Shown piece after piece: positions 1 through 17,030 of a DNA stretch of 64,000 nt. Origin of the DNA: the human T2T-CHM13v2.0 reference genome, Homo sapiens; assembly GCF_009914755.1 (NCBI RefSeq), contig NC_060933.1. One strand, given 5' to 3'. The position numbers and the translations under genes were made by a program. Positions within the stretch are counted from its first letter, which is position 1, and each line of letters starts with the position of its first letter. The notes under the pieces were generated by a model. It worked only from the letters and a program-made list of their open reading frames with translations. It made no database searches and was not told where the DNA came from.

Positions 1-106
1 TTGAATCTGTAAATCGCTTTGAGCAGTATACTCATCTGAACGCAGATGATACTCCAGTGTATGTTCTGTGGTTGATGAATGAAGTGTATTGTAATTCCAA
101 ATGGTC

Positions 107-838
107 AAGCCGGACCCTGCCCCCGCCCGGCTCCTCCTCTGCCAGAGCTGGATACCTCTAGCCAGGGGGCCTCTAGAGCCACTGGGGATGGGGCTGAGGG
201 CCGCTTCCCGCCCCCGTGCAGCTGCTGCAGGGCAGACCGCCTGGCTTGGCCGTAGCCACACGGACATCTGGCCCTGCTTCCGAGATGTGGGGAGTGCAGG
301 CAGGCTCAGGAGTTGCCTGGAGGCTGCTGCCTGCACACAGAAGGCGGCTGCAGCTTGGGAGCCCAGGCGGGCTGGAGGGGCATGGCCTGGTCGGCCTCGG
401 GATCGCCAGCGCGCCCAGCCTGAGGGCCCCCAGGCCGTGCCTCCCACCCACTCCTCCACCTGAGAGAGATCGGGGCCGCTGTCATGGGCACTCGGCAGTC
501 ACCCCGTGTGGGGTTGAGCGGCGGGTTTTCAGTTCTCGCCCCTGTGCAGCCGCCACCGCCGGGCAGAATGCCTGGCTTGGCCACAGCCACAGGGACACCT
601 GGCCCTGGTTCTGCGAGACTGGGAGCGCAAGCAGGCTCAAGGGTTGCCAGGCAGCTGCTGCCTGCACACAGAGGGCGACTGCAGCTTGTGCACCCAGGCG
701 GCGGAGCATGGTCAGGGTGGCCTCTGGAATGCGTGTGCACCAGGCCTGAGGGCCTCCCTGGTGGTGCCACCTGCCCCAGTCTTCCTCTGCTGGAGCCTGG
801 AGCAGCTGGAATGGCCACTCTGCAGTCACAGGGGATAG
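107..838. repeat. GC-rich ~330-bp-unit repeat, copy A (possibly REP522-type subtelomeric/pericentromeric repeat)
   Basis: Motif GCAGA(C/A)(C/T)GCCTGGCTTGGCC recurs at ~231 and ~563; 110-778 is closely similar to 4390-5055. The family name is recalled, not verified. Confidence 0.7.
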
Positions 839-864
839 AGTTAAGTTTTCTTATCCCACACATG

Positions 865-3800
865 CACACAAAAAGGTAACTATTCTGTGAGGTAATTAAC
901 ATGTTCATTGACTTCGTTTTGGTAATCATTTCAGAATGTGCATATAAACGCATCACGTACAATTTTTATTTCTCTATTACACCTCAGTAAAGCTGAAATA
1001 ATTAACAGGATTGAAAGGATAAACCCACAGTTCTATAGTCACAGTTGGACACTTCAATACCTCATTTTAATTAATGGATAGAAAAACCAGACAGAAGCTT
1101 CATGAGAAATACAAGAGTTAAACAACGGTATAAGCCACTGAGAGCTAATACGCATATACAGGACAGTCCATCCAACAACAGCAGAATATACATTCCTTTC
1201 AAGTGTATATGGAAGTTCTCTAGGATGGGCCATATCTTCGTCCACAAAATATGTCCTAATCATTTTTAAAAGTTTGAAATCATACAAAATATAATTTACA
1301 ACCACAATGGAAGAAACAACGGATAAATAAGTGAAAACTGGAAAATTCACGAAAATGTGGAAATTAAACAATACAGTCTTCAACTACCAGTGAGTGAAAA
1401 AAATAAATCACAAGCAAAATTATAAAATATCTTGAGATAAATTAAAATAAAAACAAAACATACCAAAACTTATTGAATGCAGTGAAAGTAGAGTTCAAAG
1501 GAAAATGTATGGATATAAACAACTACATTTAAGAAAAATCTGAAATCAACATCCTCACTCTATACCTAAAGGCAGTGGAAGAAGACAAAATAAGACTAAA
1601 TCCAAAGCTAGCAGTATGAAAGAAATAATAGAGAGCATAATTAGAGCATAAATCAATAAAATAGAAGTTTGGAGAGCAGTAGAATGAATAAACATAGATT
1701 ATTTGAAAGATCAAGCCTTTCACTATATTGACTGAGCAAAAGATGGAAGACTAATTATTAAAATAATAAATGAAAGCAGAGCCATTACTACCAACTTTAC
1801 AGAAATACAAAAGGATTACAGGAGTATACTGTGAACAACTGTCTAACAACAAATTAGCTGCCCTGGATGAAATGGACGAATCACTAGAAAGACACAAACT
1901 ACCAAAGTGGCTCAAGAAGAAAGAGAAAATCTGAATAGACCTATAACCTAGGAGATTGAATTAGTAATCGAAAGTGATTAACAAAGAAACATTTATGACC
2001 AAATAGCTGCATTAACTGGTGAGTCAACCTAACATTTAAAGAAGAATTAATACCATTTCTTCTCAAACTCTTCTGACATAATATATGAAGAAGGAATACT
2101 TGCTAATTCATTTTTTGATAACAGCATTATCCTTATACCAAAGCCAAAGAGAGCACAAAAAGAGAACTACAGCACAATATCCCTTATGAATACATAAGCA
2201 AAAATCTCAGCAAAATACTAGCAATACTAGCAAAATACTAGCAGCAATACTGTATAATCAAAGGATTGTAAACTATCACCCTGTGAGATTTATCCCCAAA
2301 ATGCAAGGGTGGCTCAACATATAAAAAATCAATCAGTGTAATATACTCTAACAGTAAAATGAATAAGCACGTGATTATTTCAATTGATGCAGAGAAAACA
2401 TTGATGAAATACAACACCCTTCTATAATAAAAATACTCAATAAACTAGGCATAGAAGGGATTTTCTGCAACATGACAATAGGATGTACAAAAACCCAACA
2501 GTTAATATCATGATCAATGATGAAACACTGAAAGCTGTTTTCCTAACATCTAGAACAAGACAAGCATGGTGCATTTGCCACTTGTGTTCAATGTACCACT
2601 GGCAATTTTAGCCAGAGCAATTAGGCAAGACAAAGAAATAAAAGGCATCTAAATTAGAAATAAAAAACAGAAGTAAAATTATATCTACACATGATCTTAT
2701 GTGTATAAAGCTCCAAATAAAACACAAAACCGATTATAACTAATAAAAGAGGCAGGATGCAAAACAAACATAGGCAAATGAGCTATATTTCTATATAGTT
2801 GTAAAGAACTATGAAAATATTTTAAAAATTCCATTTATAATAGCATCAAAGAATAAGTTATTCAGGCATAAATCTAACCATGGTGGTATACACAAAACTT
2901 TGCTGAAAAAAACGAAAGAGAGTGGAAATAACCGGAAAGACATTCTGTGTTCACGGGTTGTAAGACAATACTGTTAAGATGACAATACCATCTAAAGTAA
3001 TCTACAGATTCAATGCAATACCATCAAAATCCCAAAGGCATTTCTGCAGAAAGAAAGAAACTCATTCTACAATTCATACAAAAATTCAAAGGATCTGACA
3101 GACAAAACAGTCTTGAAAAAGAATATTAGAAAACTCACATTTTTCAGTTTCACAGCCTACTACAAATCTACAGTAATCAAGAGAGTGTGGTACTGGCATA
3201 AGACTAATAGACTTTTAGACCAATACAATAGAACAGATTTAAGATCCTACAAATTAGTGCTCACATATATGGTCAATGACTGTTCAACAAGCTGTCCAAG
3301 TCTAGTCAAGGGAGGAAAGAACAGTCTCTTCAACAGCTGGATGTCAGTGCACAAGAGAGAAGTTAGACCCCTACCTTGCAGTATACACGAAAATTAATTC
3401 TAAATTAATAAAAGACTTACATGTAAGGACTAAAGTATGTAACTCTTAGAAGAAAACACAAGGTAAACCTTTATGACCTTTGAGTTTTAAGTGTATTTTG
3501 AAATATGACAGAAAAGCACAGATAACAAAAGAAAATACACGTAAATTAGATTTAATCAAAATAAAAAACCTTTATGCATCAAAGGATACTATCAAGGGAG
3601 TTAAAAGACAACCCATAGTATGTGAGAAAATATGTATCTGATAAAATCAAAGTGCGTATCTGATAAAAGCTTAATATCCCACAACTCAACATCAGAATTT
3701 CTAACATCCCAATTAAAAAATAGGCAAAGGACTTGAATAGACATTTCTCCGAAGAAGATACACAAATGTGTAAGACGGATAAGAAAAGATGCTAAACACT

Positions 3801-3995
3801 GTTATTCATTAATAAAATGCAAGACAAAACCCAAATGAGATACCACTTTGCATCCACTAGTAAGGCTTTCATAACAACGACACAGAAAATCAATGTTGCT
3901 AAGGAGGTGGAGAAATTGGAGCCCTCATGAACTGGCTGCTAGGAATAGAAAATGATGCACTTGCCGTGGAAAACAATTTGGTGGTTCCTCACAGA
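865..3995 (+). mobile_element. Old L1 (L1M-type): short 3'-end piece followed by a long degenerate ORF2 segment
   Basis: A-rich; L1 ORF2-like translation (YYKSTVIKRVWYWHK at 3113-3397); many stops. Confidence 0.85.
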
Positions 3996-4019
3996 AACAC
4001 ACAGAGAAACAAGAGCTGC

Positions 4020-5650
4020 TGGCTTCCGGGTTCTCCTGGGCTGGCGCGGTACGTCCCGGAATCGCAGGCGCGCATCCCTTCCCGCCTGAGGGCCTGCCTG
4101 GCCGTGACTCCCGCCCCTCTTCTCCTCCGAAGAGACGTCGGGGCCGCTCCAGGGGCCGTCCGCAGCCACCGGGGATGGGGCTGAGGGTCGGTTCCTGCCC
4201 CGGTGCAGCCGCCGCCGAGCAGACCGCCTGGCTTGGCCGCAGCCACAGCGACATCCAGGCCCGGGTCTGCGAGGCTGGGCGCGCCAGCCAGCTTGGGAGT
4301 TGCCTGGCGCCTGTAGCTGGGCGCCCAGGTGGTGGAGCATGGCCTGGGCGGCCTCTGGATCGCAAGTGCCCCTGGCCTGAGAGCCCGCCAGGCCCTGCCC
4401 CCGCCCGGCTCCTCCTATGCCAGAGCTCGACACCTCTAGCCAAGGGCCCTCTGCAGCCACGGGGGATAGGGCTGAGGGCCGGTTCCCGCCCCCGTGCAGC
4501 TGCTGCAGGGCAGACCGCCTGGCTTGGCCGCAGCCACACGGACATCTGGCCCTCGTTCCGAGATGTGGGAAGTGAGGGCGGACTCGGGAGTTGCCTGGAG
4601 GTTGCTGCCTGCACACAGAAGGCGGCTGCAGCTTGGGTGCCCAGGCGGGCTGGAGGTGCATGGCCTGGTCGGCCTCGGGATCGCCAGCGCGCCCAGCCTG
4701 AGGGCCCCCAGGCTGTGCCTCCCGCCCAGTCCTCCACCTGAGGGAGATCGGGGCCGTTGGTATGGGCCCTCAGCAGTCACCCCGTGTGGGGTTGAGCGGC
4801 GGCTTCTCAGTTCTCGCTCCTGTGCAGCCGCCGCCGCCGGTCAGAATGCCTGGCTTGGCCGCAGCCACTGGGACACCTGGCCCTAGTTCTGCGATGCTGA
4901 CAGCGCGAGCGAGCTCGGGGGTTGCCAGGCAGCTGCTGCCTGCACACAGAGGGCGACTGCAGCTTGGGCGCCCAGTCGGCGGAGCATGGTCTGGGTGGCT
5001 GCTGGAATGCGTGCGCTCGAGGCCTGAGGGACCCACTGTTGGTGCCACCTGCCCTGCTCTGCGCCTCTCCGCGCCTGCGCCGGCGCCCCCTCCGCGCCTG
5101 CGCCCCCTCCGCGCCTGCACCCCCTCCGCGCCTGCGCCCGGCGCTCTGCGCCTCTCTGCCTTTGCGAAGGGCGCTCTGCCTTTGCTAGGGCGGAGCTGCC
5201 TTCTCCTCGGCACAGACCCGGAGAGCATCGCGAGGGCGGAGCTGAGTTCTCCTCTGCACAGACTTCGGAGATACAGCGAAGGCGGAGCAGTGTTCGCCTC
5301 AGCACAGACCCGGGCGGGCGGGCCGTGGGTACCGCGAGGGCGGAGCTGCGTTCTGCTCAGCACACACCCAGGGGACACCGCGAAGGCAGAGCAGCGTTCT
5401 CCTCAGCACAGACCTTGGGGGCACTGCCTCGCTTTGGGACAACTCGGGGCCGCATCAACGGTGAATAAAATCCTTCCTGTTTGCAGCCCTGAATAATCAG
5501 GGTCAGAGACCAGTTAGAAGGGTTCAGTGTGGAAAACGGGAAACCAAAAGCCCCGCTGAATCCTGCCCACCGAGGTTCTCCCCAGCCAAGGCGAGGCGGC
5601 CGCAGTGCGAGATCCACACCGCAGCCTCGGAAGACAAATGCGGCATTCCT
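4020..5650. promoter_or_regulatory. CpG island with ETS (CTTCCGG, CCGGAA) and NRF1 (GCGCCTGCGC) motifs
   Basis: High GC and CpG density; ETS-like motifs at ~4023 and ~4055; GCGCCTGCGC at 5071, 5094 and 5128. Confidence 0.6.
4085..5055. repeat. GC-rich ~290-330-bp-unit repeat, copy B (3 units)
   Basis: GCCTGGCTTGGCC-containing core at ~4219, ~4510 and ~4841; same family as 107-838. Confidence 0.75.
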
Positions 5651-5836
5651 AATGCAGACATGACACCCAAAGTATGACACCCCCATTGCTCATGTAACAA
5701 GCACCTGTAATGCTAATGCGCTGCCTCAATACAAAAATATTAATATAAGATCCGCAATCCCCTCGCTGCCGTGCAGTCCAAAGACAGCCATCATAATAAT
5801 CAACATTGACATAGTCAATACAAACTTAGTAACGAA
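5056..5836 (+). repeat. TAR1 telomere-associated repeat, including degenerate 29-bp and ~37-46-bp TERRA-promoter-type repeats
   Basis: GCGCCTCTCCGCGCCTGCGCCGGCGC units, then GGCGGAGCTGCGTTCTCCTCAGCACAGAC units and the TAR1-typical GAATAAAATCCTTCCTGTTTGCAGCCCTGAATAATCAGGG. Confidence 0.92.
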
Positions 5837-5837
5837 C

Positions 5838-6087
5838 CTAGGGTTAAGGTTGGTGTTAGGGTTAGGGGTTAGGGGTTAAGTTTAGGGTTAGAGGTTGGAG
5901 ATAGGGATTGGGGTCAGAGTTAGGGGTTAGGAGTCAACGTTTAGAGTTAGGGTTTAAGAGATGTTAGGGGTTAGGGATTAGGGGTTAGGGTTGGGTTAGG
6001 GTGAGGGTTGGGGTTAGGGATAGTGGTTAGGGTTTGTGTCAGGGGTTAGGGGTCAGGGTCAGTGGTTAGGGGTCAGGGTCAGGGGTC
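5838..6087 (+). repeat. Interstitial degenerate telomeric tract (TTAGGG/TTAGGGG/TTGGGG/TCAGGG)
   Basis: About 250 bp of TTAGGG and variant hexamers directly after TAR1. Confidence 0.95.
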
Positions 6088-10048
<3,961 letters not shown>

Positions 10049-10051
10049 TTA

Positions 10052-10886
10052 GGCCCCACCACTGGGGCCGTTACACGTGACATGGGATGTGGGCCATCAG
10101 GCAAAGGGCGCGGAGATGCGGCGCTGCCAGGGGAGCCAAGGAGGAAAGAGAGCGCTTTCCAAATTGTCTTCCAGGGTTTCAATGTGCATTTTATTAACTC
10201 AGAATCTGTCGGGAATAATACTAGGGAGCTACCTTTCCCTGGAGATGGGTCTTGTCAGTGGAGTGAGATAGGCTGTGGGGAGGAAGAGGAATGGGAGGCT
10301 CAGTTTATAAATATTAAGATCAGCAAGGGTGTGCTGCTGGCAGGAGCAGAGGGAGCCTGGAGATTTGGGTGGCTGCCGTTGGTAAGTGGTTGCAATCCAG
10401 AGAGTGGGATTGAGTTCCTCCCTTGTCATGTTAGCATCCCGTTTCCTGGGCGCGGGTCTAATGCCCTGCAGGTGGTCATTTCACTCATGGTGGCTTTGTC
10501 TCTCTTCTGCCATCTCCAGACTCAGCTTTGCACTCCAGGGCTGCGTACCACCAGCCACTGTCATGTTAACCCCTTCCCAGGCCAATGTGTCCTTGGCCTG
10601 GAGCCCAATCTGCTGGACAGCCTGGGACCGTCCATTTTCGGGGTGGTGGGCAACCTGGTGGCCATCGTGGTGCTGTGCAAGTCGCGCAAGGAGCAGAAGG
10701 AGACCACCTTCTACACAGTTATGCGGCTGGCTGCCACCGACCTGTTTTTCACTTTGCTGGTGAGCCAGGTGACCATCGCCATGTACATGAAGGGCGGGTA
10801 ACCTGGGGGCCAGCTGCTGTGTGAGTACAGCATCTTCAGCCTGTTCTTCTTCAGTCAGTCCGGCCTCAGCATCGTCTGTGCCATGA
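10052..10886 (+). pseudogene. PTGER4P: Unprocessed PTGER4 (EP4 receptor) fragment: intron plus 5' part of the first coding exon
   Basis: IFGVVGNLVAIVVLCKSRKEQKETTFYT...VTIAMYMKGG*PGGQLLCEYS matches EP4 TM1-TM3; acceptor-like ...CATCTCCAG at ~10519; start-region ATG at 10563 is out of frame; TAA at 10799; homology stops at ~10886. Confidence 0.93.
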
Positions 10887-11184
10887 TATCTATACAGGTA
10901 ATTTGTGTTAGACATTCTTAGAAGAGTTTCAAAAGTTTTATGTTTTTATCTGGGTTATAAACAGAGTCCTCAAATGCATACAAAGGAAATCATGCCATGA
11001 TTGAATTTCAGCAGGAATAAGTTTACTTTACCTATTCAAAATTAAAATACTTTTGTGTTTGAAAATCTGTTTTAAAGATATGTTTTTGAAAAAAGTTTAA
11101 GTAAATATTTAATCATGTCCCCTTTTCTATCCCAAGAAATAATTTCATATATAGTTTATTTAAATTTTTTAACAAAAATGTAGC

Positions 11185-11410
11185 ATAATTTTTTTAAATT
11201 GTATATTTTATTTAACCCAATATATATCCAAAATATTGGGTCAATATGTAATCAATATAAAAATTATTAGAGATAGTTTGCATTCTTTTTTCATATGAAA
11301 TCTTTGAAATCCATTGTGTATTTTACATTTTAGGATGTCTCAACTCAAATGTGAAATTTTCATGGAGAATATTTGAACTGTATTTAGATTAATACAAATT
11401 GCAGTTAAAA
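11185..11410. mobile_element. hAT-Charlie DNA transposon relic (MER33/Charlie1-like)
   Basis: TATTTTATTTAACCCAATATATATCCAAAATATT...ATGTAATCAATATAAAAATTATT motif. Confidence 0.65.
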
Positions 11411-11421
11411 CGTTTAATATA

Positions 11422-12335
11422 GATTTACCAGGGGGCGTGCAGCCCGCTTGCCAATCAGATCGCTGTTGAGCGGTCCCGCAGCCAACCCCCGAAGAGCAGC
11501 CTGCTGGCTTCCCCAGCGCCCAGGAGTTGGGGATGTCCTACAAACCTACCACCCCTGCCCCCAGCAGCACCCCCGGCTTCAGCACCCCTGGGCCAGGCAC
11601 TCCGGTCCCTACAGGAAGCGTCCCGTCGCCGTCGGGCTCAGGGCCGGGAGCCACTGCCCCTTGCAGACCGCTGTTTAAAGACTTTGGACCACCTACGGTC
11701 GGTTGTGTGCAGGCCATGAAACCACCTGGTGCCCAGGGCTCCCAGAGCACCTACACGGAACTGCTGTTGGTCACAGGGGAGATGGGCAAAGGGATCCGGC
11801 CCACCTATGCTGGCAGCAAGAGCGCCGCGGAGCGCCTGAAGAGAGGTATCATCCATCCCTAGTCAGAGTGCCTGGTAGAGACAGAGCGGAACGGCCACAC
11901 TTAACAGGAAGCTCCTAGGCCTCTGTGTCTGGACTTCAGAGCACCTGCTTCTCCCTGGCCTTCATCCCTAGTTGCACTAACCATCCTGGGCTTCCTGTCC
12001 TGTGTCCCTTGATGGGTGCCCTCCAGGAACCAAGGGGCGGTTCTCACTGCAGGTGGCAGCACTAAGGACCCCCCTCCCCACCCCACCCCGCCAACGCAAC
12101 AAGAGTTAGCAGCGAGGTCCCCGTGAGTCCCACCCATGACCTGCAGACAGTGTTGCCCACTGGAACTTTCTGTGGCGCCCACCACTCAGCCCTTCCCAGC
12201 ACTTGTCCAGAGCCTCTTTCTCCCTCAGCACAGCTCAGGCCTCAGGCCTGACACTTCCCTGCCTTGTGTCTTTTGCTAAATATGACCTTTCTATATTAAT
12301 AAAAGATGCTTTGGAGTTGTGCTCTCTAAAAAAAA
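11422..12335 (+). pseudogene. CDK2AP2P: CDK2AP2 processed pseudogene
   Basis: Intronless MSYKP...[15 protein letters not shown] (ATG 11533, premature TAG 11860-11862); AATAAA at 12298; A-tail 12328-12335; TSD AAAA(C/A)GTTTAATATA at 11407-11421 and 12331-12345 at a TT/AAAA site. Confidence 0.96.
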
Positions 12336-12469
12336 GTTTAATATAAAGGAGAAATAAAAGGAAATTTAGCAAAGAAATATGTAGATGAATATTTAAATAC
12401 TCAGAGGTGACATTACTACCAGACATAATGAGATTATCAGATGTTTCATTTACTTATGATTAATATGTT

Positions 12470-12779
12470 TGTATTTATTTTTTATTCATTTTATTTTATT
12501 TATGTATTTATTTTTATTATACTTTAAGTTCTAGGGTACATGTGCACAACGTGCAGGTTTGTTACATCTGTATACATGTGCTGTGTTGGTTTGCTGCACC
12601 CATTAACTTGTCATTTACATTAGGTATTTCTCCTAATGCTCTCCCTCCCCCAGCCCCCCACCCCATGACAGGCCCCAGTGTGTGATGTTCCCCTGCCTGT
12701 GTCCAAGTATTCTCATTGTTTAATTTCCACCTATGAGTGAGAATATGCAGTGTTTGGTTTTCTGACCTTGCGATAGTTT
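12470..12779 (-). mobile_element. L1PA 3'-end fragment
   Basis: TTATTATACTTTAAGTTCTAGGGTACATGTGCACAACGTGCAGG. Confidence 0.92.
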
Positions 12780-14589
12780 AAACAAACTAGGAAGTTCAGA
12801 AGTCACTTTACAAGAGAAATAAAGAAAAATAAAGTATTAATGACATTGGTAACAGAATAAAAATTAGAGTTAGACAAAGTATTAGCAAGCAAGCTTATAT
12901 ATTTATAAGAGATGGGAAAATATTAGAAAGGAATAAATCATGTCTTGTCAACATGAAGAAAAAGTGTATTTTTTTGTTAACTTATTATTGTGTTTCCTTG
13001 TATAATTTTCACTTGGTTTTGTTGGTTTTACTACTTGCTTCATTCTTTCAAAAACTACATCTTCATAGACCATTTCAGCTTTTGCTATGTAGGCAGAATT
13101 ATAAAACCCAATTTCAAAATTTCAACTGAACGTTGTCAGCATTTTTCTTTGGGCTTTTTATTGAAAAAAAAAACCTAAGTAATTGTGTGTGTGTGTATTT
13201 TAGTATTACCATGAATGTAATAACAATAAAGTCAAACAAAAACAAATGGATATGCAATATGTTGGACTAGCATCTCAAATATGAAAAAGGCATTGCCAAC
13301 AGTGATATAATTTTTTTTCATAACGGTAAGCTTTTTAAAGTATAATCTTATTTTAACCTAAAATCTTACTATCAGAAAATGCAGTGTACATTAAAATGTT
13401 CTGAAATGCTTTATTCACATTTATTAAATGGTTGTACTCACTCAGATATCTACAAATTGGTTTTTCACTTATGTAATTATCTTATAGAATGTTCAAAAGT
13501 CATGCAGAATGTGAGATAATTTTCTATTGAATATGATTGTTTTATCATTGCAAGACATCAAACATCCCTGTTTCCTGCCAAATGAATGTACAATAGCAAT
13601 AAATGTAAAGATGTGTTTTTTGGAAAAGACACATTTTTGAGTTATAAAACAAGGATTTTAAAACTTGAATTGTTACAGTGAGTATGTCTTAATATAGGCT
13701 ACAGTCACTTTAGATAAAAAATTACCTCACATCTATTTTCAATATTACTTAAAGATGTTCATTTAGTGGCAAATATTTTTTTTTTGCCTAGAGGCAGATA
13801 TTTTGCCACATGGCTATTTATGAAACTGTATTTAAATGCATGTACACATATAAAAGCTGCCACTGTGGCTGTAAACTATTACAAGTTATCAAGATTAAAA
13901 AATAAACAAAAAATATTTCAGTTTTTCTATGAAATGTCTTTACTCGAGTCCAAATTTAGAGGTTTAAAATGCTTCAAATTAATAAAACCAAGTGTTTCAC
14001 ATATTTCAGTTGGAGTGGCGTTTGTCCTAGTTTTATTAGTGAAGCAGCAGACTGCATTTTTTCACTCTCATACACCTTCAAAAGATGGACAGAAAAATTT
14101 GATAAAACTTCTAGGGCATTATCTGATGAAACACATTAAACACTAAAGGAGATATACAACTTCATTGCTTGTAAAAGACATATAAGAAGGAAACCTACAT
14201 ACATATATCTATCAGTTTTGTATTTTCAGGAAATATTTGCCTTAAAGTGAGCTTCATAACAGTATGTGTTCTCCAACAAAGCCAAGGAAAGTAAGTTTGA
14301 CACAAGGATCTGGAAGTCTACCTGTGTGGCATAATTACATTGAATACATTCCACAAATAAGGCAGAAATGTATAGTAGAGTGTCCATTATAGAGGAACAC
14401 TCAATAAATATTTAATAAAGTGCTTAAATTTCTCATTATTGACCTGAACAATGAGTATACTTATTACGTTTGCCAGTGACAGATATTAAAAGTGGAGATT
14501 GAAGGAAAAATGATGTATAGAAGAGAGATTTTACCTTCAAAGTGACATAAATAATTTGAAGAAATTGAGGGAAGTGACTTGCTTAAATA

Positions 14590-14860
14590 TCCATACAGTA
14601 AATATTTATTGTGTGCTTACTGTGTGCACTGGGAATTAAGCAGTGAAAAAAATACAAAGGAAAACATCAACAACGTCTCTTCTATCATGGAGCTTACATT
14701 CTACCAGTAAGAGAAAGACCATCAACAAATACATATGTAGTATAACATGACTATGAATGGTATGGAGAAAAATAAGAACAGTAAGGGGGATGTGGGGGCC
14801 TGGGGATTTATTTTATATAAGGATAGACAACAAAGGCCTCATTACTAAGTAATTTTATGC
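14590..14860 (-). mobile_element. L2 fragment
   Basis: AAATATTTATTGTGTGCTTACTGTGTGC...CATGGAGCTTACATTCTA motif. Confidence 0.65.
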
Positions 14861-14924
14861 AATCCTTTTTTCAATTTATTTATTTGTTGATTCCATAATA
14901 CTTATTTATGTATTTATGTATTTT

Positions 14925-15225
14925 TAATTTATTTTTTATTTTTAGAATCAGGGTCTCACTCTGTCACCCAGGCTGAAGTGCAGGGGTGTGATCATAGTTC
15001 ACTGTAACCTTACTCCTGGGCTCAATTGATCCTCCCATCTCAGCCTCCCAAGTGTCTTGGTCTACAGGCACCTACCACTATGCTTGGCTAATTAAAAAAA
15101 AAAAAATTAGAGATGGGGTTGTGCTATGTTGCCCAGGCAGGTGTCAAAATCTTGGCCTCAAGCAATGCTCCTGCTTTGGCCTGTCTAAGCATTGAGATTA
15201 TAGGCATGGGCCACCGTGCCTGGCC
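14925..15225 (-). mobile_element. AluJ
   Basis: Diverged full-length Alu. Confidence 0.9.
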
Positions 15226-15637
15226 CTGTAATATGTATTTAGCATATACACTGTGATAGGCACAAGAAAGTCTCTGATAGTTCAGTAAAAAACTGCAATG
15301 ATGTTTGCAACAGGTAATTAAGTTTGGCCACGATTCTTTTGAGTGTCATAACACTGTCCTAAGAAAAAGTCTATATTTCCACTTTACTGGGTGTGTGAAA
15401 CTCAAACTCAAGGTTAAAAAGCTCTGATTTTTTGTTGAAATCATAATCCAACTAAAAGCCAGAAATGTGGAGCCATTTTTTTTATTTTAAGTGAATCATA
15501 AGCAGTCTTGTATTTAAGACAGATAAAATTATTGTACAGTATTATGTTTTCTGTACTTAAAATGAGAGAAAACCACGAGGGTTGTTAATGTTTGAAAAAA
15601 GAAGGCATCTATGAGGAAGCTTTATATTGGTAGAAAG

Positions 15638-16122
15638 TGTGAAAGGAAAATAAAATCTCAGGACCCCAAACTCACTATGACAAAGGAAAATTAAGCTTGG
15701 AACGTGAGTCATGCAAAAACTGCCATCCTTTTGTTCCCAAACAGCTGTACTTTCATATGCTTACTTTAACTTACGTAAAATGTAGATTTCCTGAGAGAGA
15801 GGATGAATGCACAACTGACTCCTTCCTCCTGTTTTTGCCACATGTAACATATAGATTCACTGAGCACTAATCAGAGCCTCACAAGAATGTAGCCATTAGC
15901 TTTCTTGCCTTCCCTCTCTCCTTCTTTTCCTCCCCTGTTTTAATTTCCTGCCTGCTTCCTCTTTCTCCTTTAAATATTGAAGTTCCCAAAACCCTCTTTA
16001 GAAAAAGCACAGGACATCACCTACTTGTGACTTGTGATCCTTTTTCCCAGGTGTATCCTCCACCTTGCAAAGCAAAATCTCTAAATCACTTGAGATCTGC
16101 CTCATTCACTTATTGGTTTACA
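15638..16122 (+). mobile_element. MER4-group ERV1 solo LTR
   Basis: TGTGAAAGGAAAATAAAATCTCAGGACCCCAAACTCACTATG...TTGGTTTACA with TG..CA termini. Confidence 0.8.
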
Positions 16123-16578
16123 AAGGGAAGTTGGAAAAAACCACTCTTCTTGCAATGCACAAATGACTGTTTTATAGTAACTTTATTGCCTATGCAATCA
16201 ATCATATTGATATATTATAGTATCAGATGATAAATGTAGATGTAAAAAATCTATCTGTAAAAGTGACTTTTCTTATTTCCCCTCTCTCCTTTTCTCCCCT
16301 ACTGTGCTTTGAATTCTTTATTTTCATATTCACTTTGCTGGCTTCGGATCATTTCCAAACCTACTCTAATGGTAGCATGATAGCATCCAGTGAGTTTGTT
16401 GTTGTTGCTGTTGTGATAGGACCATAGACTTTCACATCTAGTTGTGATATCACATGCTCACATTGTCTAACTACTTCATTTTACAGTTGAAGAAATTGAG
16501 ACACAAGGTAAGGTGACCTGCCCAGTTCCAATCTAGTTATATAATAAAAGAATGGCTAATATTTAATAAATAGTATGA

Positions 16579-17030
<452 letters not shown>

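Noticed and set aside
101-5686. Many overlapping 100-270 aa ORFs on both strands
   Set aside because: They arise from stop-poor GC-rich repeat/TAR1 sequence; no recognisable domains
10082-10801. 239-aa ORF ending in EP4-like sequence
   Set aside because: The N-terminal portion is intron/UTR-derived read-through and it stops before TM3; pseudogene
12960-14150. Repeat-poor AT-rich stretch resembling a 3'UTR, including a 126-aa ORF at 13766
   Set aside because: I could not recognise a parent gene; the ORF has a GTG start and no domain. Needs BLAST.
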